The position numbers were made by a program, and so were the translations under genes. From NCBI GenBank assembly GCA_022813865.1, contig JALDZX010000018.1:124001-188000 (forward strand): DNA of 64,000 nt, read 5' to 3'. Under the pieces are notes generated by a model. That model did not search any database, had not been told where the DNA came from, and was given only the letters and a program-made list of their open reading frames with translations. The stretch comes from Xylographa opegraphella. Taxonomy: Eukaryota. Below are positions 1 through 13,756 of this stretch, one piece after another. Each line of letters opens with the position of its first letter. Position 1 is the stretch's first letter.

Positions 1-2240
1 AGGAGCTGGGAGAACGCGTATCCTCGTAACGCACCATATAGACTTGGTAATCGCCGAAGCGTCTTACATCGTTACAATCGACCGAAGTGGAAATGTCCGG
101 GGTACAAGCGCCGTAGCCTACTCAGATTCGAGCTCCGGTACACTAACTCCAGCGGACCATATCAAGGACGAAGCGAAAATCGAAAAATCAGATAGCGAAG
201 TAATAAAGCAAGAAGAACGAGTGGCAGCCAAATTTGTTGAGGACGAGCACCGGGAACAAGGTCGTGTGTCGTTGAAAGTATACGGCGTCTACATCTCAGC
301 CTCCGGTGGGTACATAGCCTGGATCTTCATCCTGTTGAGCTTCTTGCTTGTCAGTGCCACCATCCTTGGCCGTTCATACTGGGTCGAGTTATGGTCAAGA
401 GTGACGGATCAGACTGAGACCAGCTCTTCCCAGCAAGTGAAGTTCTATTCCAACTTGTCGGACAAACCATCCACACGCAATCTTCGGAAAGATGATACAG
501 TTTTCTATCTCCTTGTATATCTCGGTATATCGCTCCTTACGGTAATACTCACGGCTGTCAAGGTTGGTACGACAATGTTTGCTTCCTTGCGAGCGTCCAA
601 GGTTCTATTCCGCAATTTGACCAATTCTATTCTTCGAGCCAACGTTCGCTGGCTTGATACTACCCCGATGGGCCGTATCCTTAATCGCTTCGTAGGAGAT
701 TTTGAAAAGGTCGACGATGAAATATCTCGCTCAATTAGTGAGTTGTCGTTCTTCCGCTTCTGATCGAAGATATTCTGGACAACGTCATGCTAATCACACG
801 TTCGTGATAGGTTTTGGTTCTTCATATACGTTTCAGCTTATCGGAATTGTCGTTGCCAGTCTATTCGTCTCGGCATGGGCTTTAATTCCTGCCATCGTAC
901 TCCTTATTTTATGTCTTCTGATCGCGCGGACGTACATCAAGGGCGCACGCGACATAAAGCGACTGGAGTCGAATTCCAAATCGCCGGTTCTAGAGCATTA
1001 TACCTCCTCTCTTCTTGGATTGGCGACTATCCGCAGCTTTGGAAAGAAAGAGGATTATGTCCAGCAGATGTATACCATGCTTGACCAGGAAGCACGAACC
1101 TCATGGCATGAGTCCCTCGCAATTGGCTGGATGGAATTTCGTCAGGGCTTTCTTGGAATACTCTTTGCTGTGATTGTTGCGTGCAGTGTCATCGCACTGC
1201 CGGGAATCGGAGCGCCTCTTGCGGGATTTGCTCTCGGCTTTGCGCTTGAATATGCTATGGTCGTTGTAGAACTGATCATTAAATACGCTGAGCTGGAGCT
1301 CGAGATGAATGCAATCGAACGAATCACGGAGTACATCGAGATGCCAATCGAGGATCAAAATGGAGATGAGGTTTCAGCTGCCTGGCCCACACAGGGTTGC
1401 ATCGAGGTACAAGGCTTGGAAGTGGGATACGCCAGTGATTTACCGGCTGTCCTCAAGAATGTGACTTTCACCGTCGCGTCACGAGAACGCGTGGGTATCG
1501 TCGGGCGGACTGGAAGTGGCAAATCGTCACTCACTCTGGCCATTTTCCGCATGCTGGAAGCGCGACGGGGCAAAATCAAGATCGACGATGTTGACATCGC
1601 AACTATAACGCGTCACGCCTTACGCAGTCGTCTTGCCATTATTCCGCAAGATCCAGTCCTATTCTCCGGTACCCTCCGATCCAACATCGACCATTTCCAC
1701 GAATACAGCGACGAAGCCGTTTTCGATGCCCTGCGCAGAATGCAGCTTCTCGATGACGGCGACGTAGGGGCAATAACAACGGCAGCCGAGGAGGAGCCTG
1801 ACGCAACCGACGCAAACGACGCACACGACGCAAACGACGCATCGGCAACAACCATGAACGTCTTCCTCAACTTGGACTATGAAATATCCCGTGGCGGGCT
1901 CAATCTCTCTCAAGGGCAGAGACAGCTCATCTGTCTCGCTCGTGCGCTAATCTCCCGGCCAAAAATCCTCGTACTTGACGAAGCGACGAGCAGTGTCGAC
2001 ATGGCTACCGACAGCAAAATCCAACGAAGCATCCGCGAAGACTTTGCCGGGTGCACTCTGCTGGTCATTGCGCATCGGTTGAGCACCATCTCAGACTTTG
2101 ATAAGGTGCTGGTGCTGGGAGAGGGACGTGTCCTGGAGTTTGGACCCCCGAAGGAGCTGTGGGAAAGCGAAGGGCCGTTTTGCGAAATGATCCGCCATAG
2201 TGGGGAGAAAGATAGCATAGAAAGTTCGTTCCGGGGATAG
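1..2240 (+). CDS. ABCC/MRP-type ABC transporter, 3' part (5' end lies outside the window)
   Basis: Frame from base 2 reads RTRILVTH (end of NBD1), then TMD2 (DTTPMGRILNRF) and NBD2 with Walker A GRTGSGKS, signature LSQGQRQL, Walker B ILVLDEATS and IAHRL. Predicted intron 738-810 (GTGAGT..GCTAAT..TAG) joins ORFs 44-763 and 702-2240. Confidence 0.95.
1800..1841 (+). repeat. 9-bp in-frame tandem repeat (GACGCAnnC) encoding DATDANDAHDANDA in an NBD2 insertion
   Basis: gacgcaacc gacgcaaac gacgcacac gacgcaaac gacgca read directly. Confidence 0.85.
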
Positions 2241-2967
2241 ATCCGACGTCGCTTGATCATGTAACCATATAGAGAAAGATATATAGCGTTCAGGCACATA
2301 GAGTATATTACCTTACGGTTGATCTCGCCTTCAGGAGGACCGCGCTGAGTTTGGAATGGAGGAGACTGTCGTCGACGATGTGATTGGCTCTCATTTCCGC
2401 CACGTGGCTGAGGCTCAAATCTCGTGCTGAACGTTATTGAGGTCATCTGTCAGACTCGCCAAAAACGGAACTTGCACACAGGCATCCAGGTGGCTGAACT
2501 ACAAATACCTCACTGTGGTAATAACGCAGTTTCGATCCGATGGTTAAGAGCTACGGAATAAGTTAGTCTGATCGCAGAATACGGCTAGGTCCCGGACTAA
2601 CTTAGGACCTACCCAGAAACGCGGGTTCCTCCCGTTATCCTACCGAGAAAACCCGGCCGAGGGCCACAACGTGTGCCTCCGTGCCTCGGCAGCGATTTGT
2701 GCATAGTGACAGCCGGACTGAAGTTCAGGTGTGGGCACACCGAAACCAATAGTAGTAAGCCATGACCGGTCATGCATACTATTCTTGACACATCCGACAC
2801 ATCCTCACCATGCGAATTGTCCCCAGGGGACTCTCAGTGGGCTTGCAAGCCGATTCCGAGTGACCCCAAAGTGTCTGCCTAACTATCAGCCTCTACTATA
2901 GTTCTTTCTTTTCCAAATCTGGGGTTTGCGACTCACATAATTTCTCTACCTGCTGTAGCTTAGAACG

Positions 2968-3636
2968 ATGAGTTGGCAAGATAGTATTGTGAGCGCGTTT
3001 GCGCCCTTGGCGAATATCGCCTCCTACCATTTGCTTCTCTACAGCATGCTGCTTGGGACGGAGGTGTATCAGGTGAGTCCTCCAGGTCAGCGACGCTGAA
3101 TCTGATACTTACTGCTTTGGCGACATGCACAGAGCTTTGTCATGACCAAAGTCTGCTATAATGCTTTACCCATGTCTGCTTTCACCACGCTGCAGAAACG
3201 CGTTTTCCCAGTTTATTTCAGAATCCAGTCCGCCCTCGTCCTTCTGACGGCTGTCACGTTCCCGCCATATGGTCCATTGTCGCTGGTCTTCTCCACGGGT
3301 GACGCGCTCACCATCGGATTCACGGGTGCTATGGCGTTACTGAATCTGACGATATATGGGCCCAGGACCCAACGGGCAATGATCGAGAGGACCCATCAAC
3401 GTAAGGAATACACATCCCCCGAGTCTTGAAACCGGTTGTTAACGACCCTCACCACAGAAACCCGCGAGGGAAGAAGTCATGATGATCCAGGAGAGCCCAG
3501 TGGGGAGATGGTCAAGAAGAGGAAGAATTTCTCGCACAACCATGCCATGAGCATTCACTTGAATCTCTTGGCCATGGGGACTACCGTATGGTACGGCCTC
3601 CGGTTAGCTTCGAGGCTTCAGCCTGCATTGTCCTGA
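2968..3636 (+). CDS. DUF4149/TMEM205-like small membrane protein (XanD-like)
   Basis: Spliced product MSWQDSIV..YHLLLYSMLLGTEVYQ|SFVMTKVCYNALP..FTTLQKRVFPVYF..NLTIYGPRT..FSHNHAMSIHLNL carries the typical DUF4149 motifs. Predicted introns 3073-3132 and 3401-3457. Confidence 0.85.
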
Positions 3637-4608
3637 GATAGCCACTGTGCGCAGCATGTTTTTAAGCAAAGAAGCGGCCTCTGTCGTGAAGAACGCCGTG
3701 CAATTTATGTGAAGATTCGTATCGACAGTCCACGTCAGGTCTACCGCTCTGCAGCAACAAGATCACTGTTGGTATATGTGAATACAGTGTTGGCATTTTC
3801 CGATATCAATGCTGTGATCACGAGGCACATTGATGGTGCCAGTCATGCACCGCTCGACGGCTACTACATTGATCTCGAGAGACTATCACAGCATGGATAA
3901 CGGAAGTCAAGGTGAGCTCTGTATTGGAAGCAGGTGGGAAGGCCACGAGCATAAGTCTGAACTGTCCTCTTGACCGCAAAGCCTGTTCCGAAGACAGCGT
4001 TTGTCGTATGTATCATTCATAGCATATATATAGCCACTAGTCAGCTGTGCCAGAGTGGAAATTTGGCTTAAATATACATATTTTATCCCAATACCGTTCA
4101 CTCTACGCGGTGTCCTCTTCTGATATTGGTTAGATGCAGCTACAGTATGAATCTAGAGATTCTCTCGTCCGGAGTACGATGGGTGACAAGGACGAGTACT
4201 GTCATCAACCCTTGAAACGCAAACAACGTCTATGGCGCTTTCGCTTGTAATGAGGGCTTAAATACCCAGACTTGGTTAGACTACATTAGCCAAGCTTACT
4301 CCGTTATCGAGAAATTCATCAGCTTAGCTTACTATCCACCTTGACAATCATCGTCACGTACTGCCAGCCTCTCGCAATGAGCCCAGGTAAGGGCTGCGAA
4401 ATTACGCAATCGAGTCCTGTAATGACTAATCTATGCAAATGCCGTTGTTCGATGTCCATCTCACATGCCCTTGCTGATTGTACAGATAAGGTTTATTCTG
4501 TAGCTTTCTTCCTTCGTCTCGTTTCTTTGATTTCGCTATCGACACTTGCTTGTCCACCGCGCTCTTTTCTCTGTGTACTCTGAAGTGTTGCTACTCTCAT
4601 CAGTCATT

Positions 4609-6297
4609 ATGTCGGTTCTCCTTTACCTTGTAGGGGTGTTCGTCGTGATTGCGGTGCTTCTATGGAGCCACATTCGTATGCCAGGAAATATGCCCAAGAA
4701 TATACCCACAGTTCCGATTTACATCAGTTTGATGGGTCTCTGGTCGGATATGGGTCAGGTGGACATCTACAACAAGTGGCTCCGCGAACCGCTCGAGAAG
4801 TACGGCGCTGTTCGAATTTGGTTCGCGGGCCGTTGGAACGTGCTAGTCACTCGGCCAGAATACATTACAGATATGTTCCGAAATGAAGATTTGTACGCGA
4901 AGGCGGGTAGTCAAAAGAAGATTCCATGGAGCGTAATAGCATCGCTGGTTGGAGACAATATCATCAATTCGCATGGCGAGACGTGGAAGAACTACACGGC
5001 CATAATGAAGCCGGGGCTTCAGAAGACGCAATTCGATTCGAAACCCATACTTGCCCAATCTCGAAAGTTTGTTAATGTTCTATTGAAAGCGCAAGAAGAC
5101 GTCGGGCATAATAGCGGGGTTTTGGTGAATCCTATAATCCAGCGGTTTGCTATATCTGCGATGGGTCAGAGCTTCCTCGATATCGATTTCAAGGTACATC
5201 AATCCCACAAAATGCGACTGCAGAATACTAAATTCAGTATAGTGCTTGGAAGATCCCAATACACGTATCAACGAGTTGCAGAACATCATTAAACGCACGA
5301 TATTCAAGCCCCTCTATTTCAATTTCCCAATCTTGGACAAATACCCATATATCTTTACATCTCGTCGACGCGCGTTCGCGATCATGCATGAGTTCGAAAA
5401 CCTCCTTGACGAACTCGTTCGAACTCGACCGAACAAGCTGAATCGGAAGGAGCCTCTTGCCCCCCAGGACGAACTCGTCGTTCACATGTTAGAGCGAGCG
5501 CTGGAGGAGGGCAAGATCACCAAGGAAGCATACCTTGCGAACCTTAAGATTACTTTCTTGACTGCACACGAAAATACCCAACAGCTGATGAACTCGATGT
5601 TTTGGCAATTTGGGCATGATCTGGTACGTTTAAGGAGAAGCTTGGGAGTCTCCTCAAGATATACTGACGTAAAGTCTATTAGACATTTCAAGAAAAGCTC
5701 CGCGCCGAAGTACTCGCTACAGGTGTTACTGAACCTACTCCCGAAGTTCTAAACAAGCTTCCATATTTGACAGCCGTTATCTGCGAGCTACTCCGAGTAT
5801 ACCCCCCGGTATCCCAGCTTATTAACAGGGTTACTCTGGAGCCAGCCAATCTCGGTGGCAATATCAGTATTCCCAAAGGGACCTGGGTAGGCTGGAATGC
5901 ACCCGGTGTTCACTCCGATCCAGCTGCGTGGGGACCAACAGCACGGGAGTTCATTCCGGAGAGATGGGGCGACAAGCCAGAAGATATCATGGCCAAGTAC
6001 CGCAAAGAGACTGTTAGGGGTAGATTCATCGCATTCAACAGTCATTCGAGGAAGTGCCTGGGACAAGGATATGCGCTTCTGGAACTCAAGATGTGCCTCT
6101 TTGAGCTCGTCAGGCGTGTGAAGTGGACGATTGACCCAGGATACAAGATGAAGCTGACCTCGGTAAGTGAAAATAGAACGACCGTCTTGTGCGACTGTTA
6201 CTAACAACTGATGTAGGGTGGTATCCTTGCGCCTCTGGGTGTGAAGGTCCGCTTCGAGGAGCTTGACACGGGTAGGATTTCGGAGAAGACGCTATGA
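4609..6297 (+). CDS. Cytochrome P450, CYP56/Dit2-like (XanG-like oxidative coupling P450)
   Basis: N-terminal TM anchor; YAKAGSQKKIPWSVIASLVGDNIINSHG resembles Dit2/CYP56; I-helix TAHENT, ELLR, PERW and heme motif FNSHSRKCLG. Predicted introns 5194-5242, 5624-5682, 6163-6216. Confidence 0.9.
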
Positions 6298-6963
6298 GTG
6301 GCCAGAGGGTCGATGTTGTATAGCAGCAGAGTAGTGATATAGATGGTCAAGGTATACATTGCATAATGTGGTATGAAGCGCGAGTGAGCCTAAGCATATT
6401 TCATACTGGAATCCTTGGATATACTTTGCGATCTGTTCGTCAGCCATAACAAAGAACAATACAAGTGAAAGCTACAGGTCGCTGCTGACTACTTTGCCCA
6501 CACAAATTTAAATTAATTCTAACACGGGTACTTGATATTCCCTTAAGACTCGAGAAGCAGTGCAAGATCGCAGAGCATTGCACTCATAGTTATGGAGGCC
6601 TCCATCCAGTACATCAACGAGGTACTCACAAATAGTGCGAATAGGGCAAAATTAACGCAAGATCAGGGGGCATACCCGCGTAACGTTTAGCGACAACTCA
6701 CCCAATCTTCCGCTTGATCCCCCCAGTGGCTTAGTAACCCCTAAGGCTGACCGCACTACGATAGTTAGTGTAACCTTGCGTCAGCTCAGCGGACTCAGCG
6801 CTCCCTGGATTGCTTCCGGTGCCGAGACAAAGACACCTCCGTGTGAATCACCGTGGTTGTTTCGATGCGCTAGCGTTGTCCGTTCCTTAATTATGCGCTT
6901 CGTACTTCTCTTGGGCTACTCTAGGATCTGAGATTCCAGCAAGAGTCCCTCGTTGAAGCTAAC

Positions 6964-9006
6964 ATGGCACCGAACTACTCCTACCAGAAGGTCGACGACG
7001 CCGAAAGCGATGGGGACTTCCAGAATCCCGCAGCGAGGCCCAAGTCTCGAGGAAAGAGCGGAGAGTTCTCACTTGGGCAATCTGTTCAGGTCGGGTGGCT
7101 GAAGCGACCATCGGTCAGTCTCGCTCGAGCGGTGGATTTCGTTCAGCTGGATAGTTATGCTGATTTCGACTAGGTATTCTGGCTCTTGCCCGCGTTCTTA
7201 CTCTTCAACCTGGCCATGGGCATGACGGCAATGCCCCGGATGAATGTCTTGATATCGTTGATATGCCGTAACGTGCTTTCGAATGGGATGCCTGCAGGCC
7301 ACGAGGCTGCGGCGGGAGGGCCGATGGGGAACTCTATGGGTCAAAACTCCCGCCGTCATATGGGAATGGGTGGAGGAGGTGGGCACGCAGGCAATTCTAC
7401 CGGACCGCTCAACTACTCGCCGGAAGCTGTGGTCATTGGGGATTACAACCCACAGTGCTCGTTCAAAGAGGTCGAATCGGCCACTGCGATGCTTACCTTG
7501 TACGGGAATCTCATTGCTGGAATCCTAGGGGCAATATTCACTCCGGTCTGGGGAATGTTGAGCGACAGATACGGCCGTGTGAGACCACTCGCTGCCGCAT
7601 CTTCGATATTCCTTGGCGGAGAGATCATCAGTGTTCTTATTGCTGCTCTTCCTGACGCTTTCCCTCTCAATTGGATCTACTTTGCGTTCATATTGGAAGG
7701 ATTTAGGTATAGCGCCTGAGATACGAAGCAAGCATAGGACTGACATGAATGCCAGCGGATCGTTCCTTGTTATTATGGCTTTGGCTTCGTCGTATGCTGT
7801 GGACTGCACACAAGATAATGAGCGGAATGTCGCTATTGGTTAGTTTTGAGTGAAGTCCAGTGAAAGCCGTTCTAACTTTCCACAGGCTATTTCCATGGAA
7901 GCATGTTCCTCGGTATGGCTGCGGGACCAATATTTGGTGGCTATCTTGGCATGAGTGGTGGTGAGAGTAGACCCATGCTTATCTTCTATACGGCTCTGGT
8001 ATGTTTCTGGTTCTCTAGTGCTTTCATAAACTATATAGCTAAACTCCTGAAGGTCATAAGGGGCTTTGGAATCGCCTTTCTACTTTTCTTTGTACCTGAA
8101 AGCCTATCTCGTTCCGAAGCCCGTCCAGAATCGGCGATCTCAGAACTCAAACAACTCTTCGCGGCGGCCAAGAGTCAAAGCTGGGCAGAGAGAATCAGAA
8201 GTGCAAATCCGCTCCACCTACTCCGCATTCTTGCACCATCCAGAGCGACTGCTGGCAGCAGCGTCCAGAGAAATCTGATCACGCTGACTAGTATCAACAC
8301 GATTATATTTGGAAGCGTGATGGGTGCAATGAATGTTTTGATGCTGTACTCGGAGGTTTGTGTGATACACTGTGATAATAGACTTCTGCTCACAGTATAA
8401 CAGTTCGAGTTCGGGTGGGGCAACAAAGAGAGCGGTATCTTTCTCTCGGCTGTCAATTTCTCCCGGACAATTGCCACTGTCGGCGTACTTCCTCTCGCCA
8501 TCTACCTTTACCGCCGATGGCTATCCCGTACCGACCAGGCATCCACAGAGCACGGTTTCGATCGCCTCGACCTCTTCCTCATCCGTACCTCTGTCTTGTC
8601 GGACGTCATCGGCTTTGTCGGATATGCCATGGCGCCTAGCGGCACGCTTTTCATTCTTTCTGGCATTATCGCCTCACTTGGCGCAATCGGTCTTGCGACT
8701 TCAGAAGCTAGCATGACGAAGCTGGTAGACAGCTCACAGATCGGCGAACTTCTCGGCGCTCTAGGGTTCCTACAAGCGGTAGCAAGAATTATCGCACCTA
8801 CCATTGCGTCTCTGACCTACTCGTGGACCGTGGCTTCGATACCACAGCTTGTTTTTATGGGCATTGCGGTTTGCTTCGTTGTTGCGTTCGTGGTGTCATT
8901 CTTTGCACGCCCGGATACCTCGAATGGTATATTTGCGAAGGAAGAGACCGAGGATGGCGAACCGATGATTCCGCTACCAGCACGAAAGGCATGCGCCCGT
9001 TGCTGA
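6964..9006 (+). CDS. MFS transporter (SLC46/tetracycline-efflux-like), multi-exon
   Basis: MFS motif A WGMLSDRYGR, many hydrophobic segments, C-terminal GELLGALGFLQAVARIIAP. First predicted intron 7114-7173, with several more short introns. Confidence 0.85.
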
Positions 9007-10746
9007 AGTTGAACTGTTACGAATAAGTTGTGAAGTGTGGCAATGTGGATATCACGCGTGCTAGATGGGAGCTCGTTGTACTGAGTCTTGGTGGCGTTAA
9101 GATGCATTACCTAGGCGTTGTCCTGCTGGCTGGAGCTTCAAAGCTTAAACAGGCTAAGCTGTTAGAAACGAAGAATGAATATGTCTCTTGGCCATAGAGG
9201 TCCTCGACATTGTAGTTAAGGCTGGTTTCCATTTCGCTCCTACCTATAGAAGTCTCTGTATGATCATAGCGCAGTTCCTCAAGACGTGATTATCGAATAT
9301 TTAGACGGCAATTCAGAGGCTGCCTGCTGTGCCTGTAATACAATCGACTCACGGATCAAGCTCTGTCAGAAGGTGCAGGGTTCGCGCTCACCATATATAC
9401 TACATGGGCAAGTTCCACTCGGAGCTGTCATCTGAGGATCACCAGTTTCCTTCTTCCACTCCCAGCTACTATCTTGGAAGTATTGCTACATGGATCAGAT
9501 TCATCACTTTGTATCGTCCGCTTCGCTCCGGATCTTGCACTTTTCTCGGAGCTTGCACACATTATAGCAGCCTGTCTAGACTATTTATACTACCAACATT
9601 AATGAGCGAACCTCGGCGGTTGAGCTGGGCGGCAACATCAACGAGAATGAGATTGTCGATGTTCAACTCCTCTTTTCCGCTCACTGGTTTACTATAGAAC
9701 ACTGTAGGCAACATTGATTCTGTTCAGCAAATTTTTTTTGGCGGCCGGGACAGTAAATCTGCACCCAGTAAGGTAAACATTGGTCATGTTAAGGTCCGCA
9801 GATGTGCTGTGAAGCTTTGCGTATGCATAGGCTCCAACGCTTTGAGAGCCTATGTTTAGTACACTACTCCGTAGGTATGCATCGGCAATCTCAACGCGGA
9901 ATGTTATTTTCCGTACCTTCAACCTTGTTGATTCACGATCAGAGTATGGTACATGCATGTAGCATGCGTCGGATGCGCGATGGGCGCAGGACTCTGCTGA
10001 CTCTGTACAGAGAGAGTACTACAGAGATCTCTCTGGCAGCTGCACACCGTACGATCTCTGTATTGCTACATTGTTGCGTACCAAGTTATACCACATTGGG
10101 GCTAGAACTTCCCCCCTCCGTAACGCGGAACTTCGTAATTTACCTTAGATCGTGACGTATTCAAGTTCGTGGGGGCGGACACCAGACTTGCTGTTAATCA
10201 TACTGGAAACATCCCGATGTGCTGCTAGATACGGAGCACCATTGCGGTGTAGGTAACCTGTCGTCCAGGTATTCTGTCTTATCACAAGTTTACACATTGA
10301 GACTGTCTATTGGATCGACTTCTGCCCGAGACACACTAATATGGCACGAACTTCAGCTCGGCATCTGGCTCAAGCATGACTGTGCTGATGGCTTGGATTT
10401 TGAAGGAGCTGCGCTGACATACCTTACATTAGTATGACTTCCAAGGGGAAGGCCCGCGTTCCGGGATTAGTCTGCCAGAGTGTCCAATCATGCCGAGCCG
10501 GGTACGGGTACCAACGTGAGCAAGCCGGTACCGTGTCAAAGCATTCCTGCCATTAGTCTACGTGAAGAGCTTTAAGCCGGGATGTGGATACCTTGTACTT
10601 GTAATAGATTCTGTAGAAGGATCAACGAAGGAAGGTAAGAAAACCGAGGTCTCATTCCCAGGTGTTCTTCTTTGTTGCCGTGATATACTACTCGTCCCCT
10701 GGCATTCCAGTATCTTGAGGACTTCGTCTCACATTCCGCCATCACC

Positions 10747-12597
10747 ATGTCCTCCAGAAGCAGCATCAATGCGCCCGCTAACATGGATAACACTCAGACC
10801 GAGAAAGGCGATATAGACTCGCCAGAAGTAAGCTCATCCCTGATCGCTTAGCGGCTATATCTCAGATCTTCATATTGATGTTTAGAATAGGTGATCCACA
10901 AAACCGAGCGAACCATTCGAGGTATCAAGTGGGTCGTCGTTGTCGCCGCTGTCTTTTCTTCCGTGTTCCTCTTCGCGCTTGACAACTCCATCGTTGCGGA
11001 TGTCCAGCCCAAGATTATCGAAGCGTTCCCGGGGAGTATCGACAAGCTACCATGGATCTCGGTGGCTTTTGCGCTCGGAGCAGCTTCCACGACACTCGTC
11101 TGGTAAGATAATCCCGTGATCCTGTTGCAGGCTTGTATTAGCCTAATAGCTCCTACACTTGGAACTGGGAAAGCCCCCAGTGATATCGGACTATCTCCTG
11201 ACTCTTACAGGGCCACATTGTTCACAACTTTCGATGCAAAATACAATTATCTTATTGCCGTCTTTCTGTTCGAGGTCGGGTCTGCTATTTGCGGCGCAGC
11301 AAATACGATCAATGTCCTCATTTTTGGCAGAGTACTCGCTGGACTGGGCGGCGCTGGTGCATACGTGGGAGTTCTGACGCTCCTGACCGCCCTCACTGAA
11401 GCACAAGAGCGACCGCTCTACATCGCATCCACTGGCCTAATTTGGGGCTTTGGAAGCGTACTGGGCCCTATTATCGGAGGCGGTTTCGCCGATTCCTCCG
11501 CTACCTGGAGATGGTGCTTCTATATCAATTTGGTCGTAGCCGGGGTTTTTTGTCCAGTATACTTCCTCTACTTGCCTAGGGTCGATCCCCAACCTCATAG
11601 GAGCATGAACGAGCGTTTCCATGAACTCGACTACGCCGGTATCTTCCTTGTCATCGCAGCTTTCGCCCTTGGAATTACAGGACTCTCGTTCGGTGGATCT
11701 CTCTTCGCATGGAACTCAGCCACGATCATCGCACCACTCGTCATATCCTTCATCCTCATCGTGATGTTTGGAGTACAACAGACCCTGAGTCTATTCACCA
11801 CCCCTGACCGACGCTTATTCCCTGTACATTTCTTGAAATCACGCACGATGCTTCTAATGTTTATCGAGAGTGCTGCCAGTGGAGCTGGAATCTTCATTCC
11901 GGTCTACTTCATTCCGTTGTTCTATCAGTTTGCCGAAGGTACCACAGCTCTGTCAGCAGCAGTTCGACTTCTACCTTTCCTGTGTCTGCTGGTCTTCTTT
12001 TCTCTCCTTAACGGAGCGATCTTGAGCAAGGACGGACACTACGCACCGTGGTACATTGGGGCAACTGCTCTTATCGTCATCGGATCCTCCCTGATGTACA
12101 CCGTGAACGAGAATACCAGCACTGCTGCAATATATGGCTACTCTTCGATTATCGGTATTGGTGCGGGCTGCACCTTCCAAGCCGGTTTCATTGTAGCTCA
12201 AGCTGCTGCTCCTCGGTCGGAGATGTCTCTGGGTAAGCTATGGACACCACGGTTTCGATAGTCTAGCTAATGAATTCCAGCGGTTGCATACATCAATCTG
12301 GCCCAGATCGGTGGTCTCGTTATCGTTCTGACACTCGCAAACACCATCTTTCTCAATCTCGCTCAAGAGAACATTGCAACCGTTCTCCCTGCAGCAGACT
12401 CGGCCACTATCAAACTGGCACTTTCTGGCACAGGCTCAGACTTTCTGAAAACTTTGAGCCCCGCAATTCAGGCGCAGGTTCTTCATGCTATCGTCAACGC
12501 CATCAGCAAGACATACATCCTTGCCATTGCTGGCGGAGCATTGGGCTTGGTGTGCGCTTTCGCTATGAAGTGGGAACGCCTTATCCTGGAGATGTAA
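10747..12597 (+). CDS. MFS 14-TM drug:H+ antiporter (DHA2, secondary-metabolite efflux type)
   Basis: FLFALDNSIVADVQP, LFEVGSAICGAA, GPIIGGGFADSSATWRWCFYIN. Predicted first intron 10828-10890, with further introns near 11.1 and 12.25 kb; stop TAA 12595-12597. Confidence 0.9.
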
Positions 12598-13756
12598 TCA
12601 TGCGCGGTGGACAAGGTGAGAGGGAGATATTAGATACGATAGCGGACTGCATAGTATGGGCAAGCATCGGACGGTCTAGATTGCATGTTTGGAGTTTATC
12701 AATTGAGGGCTGGCCATGGTTCGGATAGTCTCATCAATGCTGACCTCTTGAAGAGTTCACGTATTGAAATATAGACATACTATCCACGGTCTTACGATTT
12801 GTGGTTACCACTATCAATTTGCAATGAGTTCCGTGATGCCGCGGCACAGTACTAGGAGCCGGCCCACCGACTGTTGGCCCCTTAATTAAGGCCAAAGTAG
12901 GGGCGGTTTACGGAGTAGAAATCCCTGGAATGGGCCGATCACCTAAGCTTCAAGGGGCCTCATGGGCTAAGGCGTCGGGACCATCACCAAATCACCCAGC
13001 TAATGCCCATTGAGTAGGTCCGTAAATCTAGGTCCACTGAGACACTGTATTCGAGGCGATTCCCAGGAGCCGTCACTTATCGTAAATCCATCCTGTCCGT
13101 ATCTACCTTACCGAGCTTACTTAGGGTTGGTACTCGCTAAGGTAGTGGAATTTTACTAAGCCATTGATCCAACGGAAGCGCATTTCTCGGAGAGTCCGAC
13201 ACCCTCACTGTGGATACAAGACGACTGCACTGGCTGACGAACCCTGACCTGCCGCGAGGGCTTGTGTTATTGATGATGCACACATTGACTAGCCTGATAT
13301 CGGCCCTCACGAGCTGTGTCTCGCCAGCGCGCAGAGTCTTCAGGATGAAGCAGATCCTTGACTTCTGCTGTTAACGCAATCAGCCAGTGACTCGCTTTGA
13401 GCGTTGAGCATGGCTGCGCGCGCTCACTCACCGCCGGCTTCTCCCAGTCATCTCACCGAATAAACGCCAATGTAGTCTGTTGTAGCCTTGTGGCGTCTGT
13501 GGTTTCGGAACTCGGGCGATGTGTGTCGATGCAGAGGTCAGCTTACTCATAACGACAGTAATTCAGCTCATGCGGCTGGTAACGACCGCCATGCATCCAG
13601 ACCTGAGTATTGTGCAATTCATTGCAGGTAAGCTGCGATGCCCTAGTTCTATCCCATGCCTCGTTACTTCGTCCTCGAAAATTGTTCGTGGTCTTGTCAT
13701 TTCCGATTTCAAAGTGTTTGAATTTAGCCTTGATCCATTATTAGACACTCATTGCC

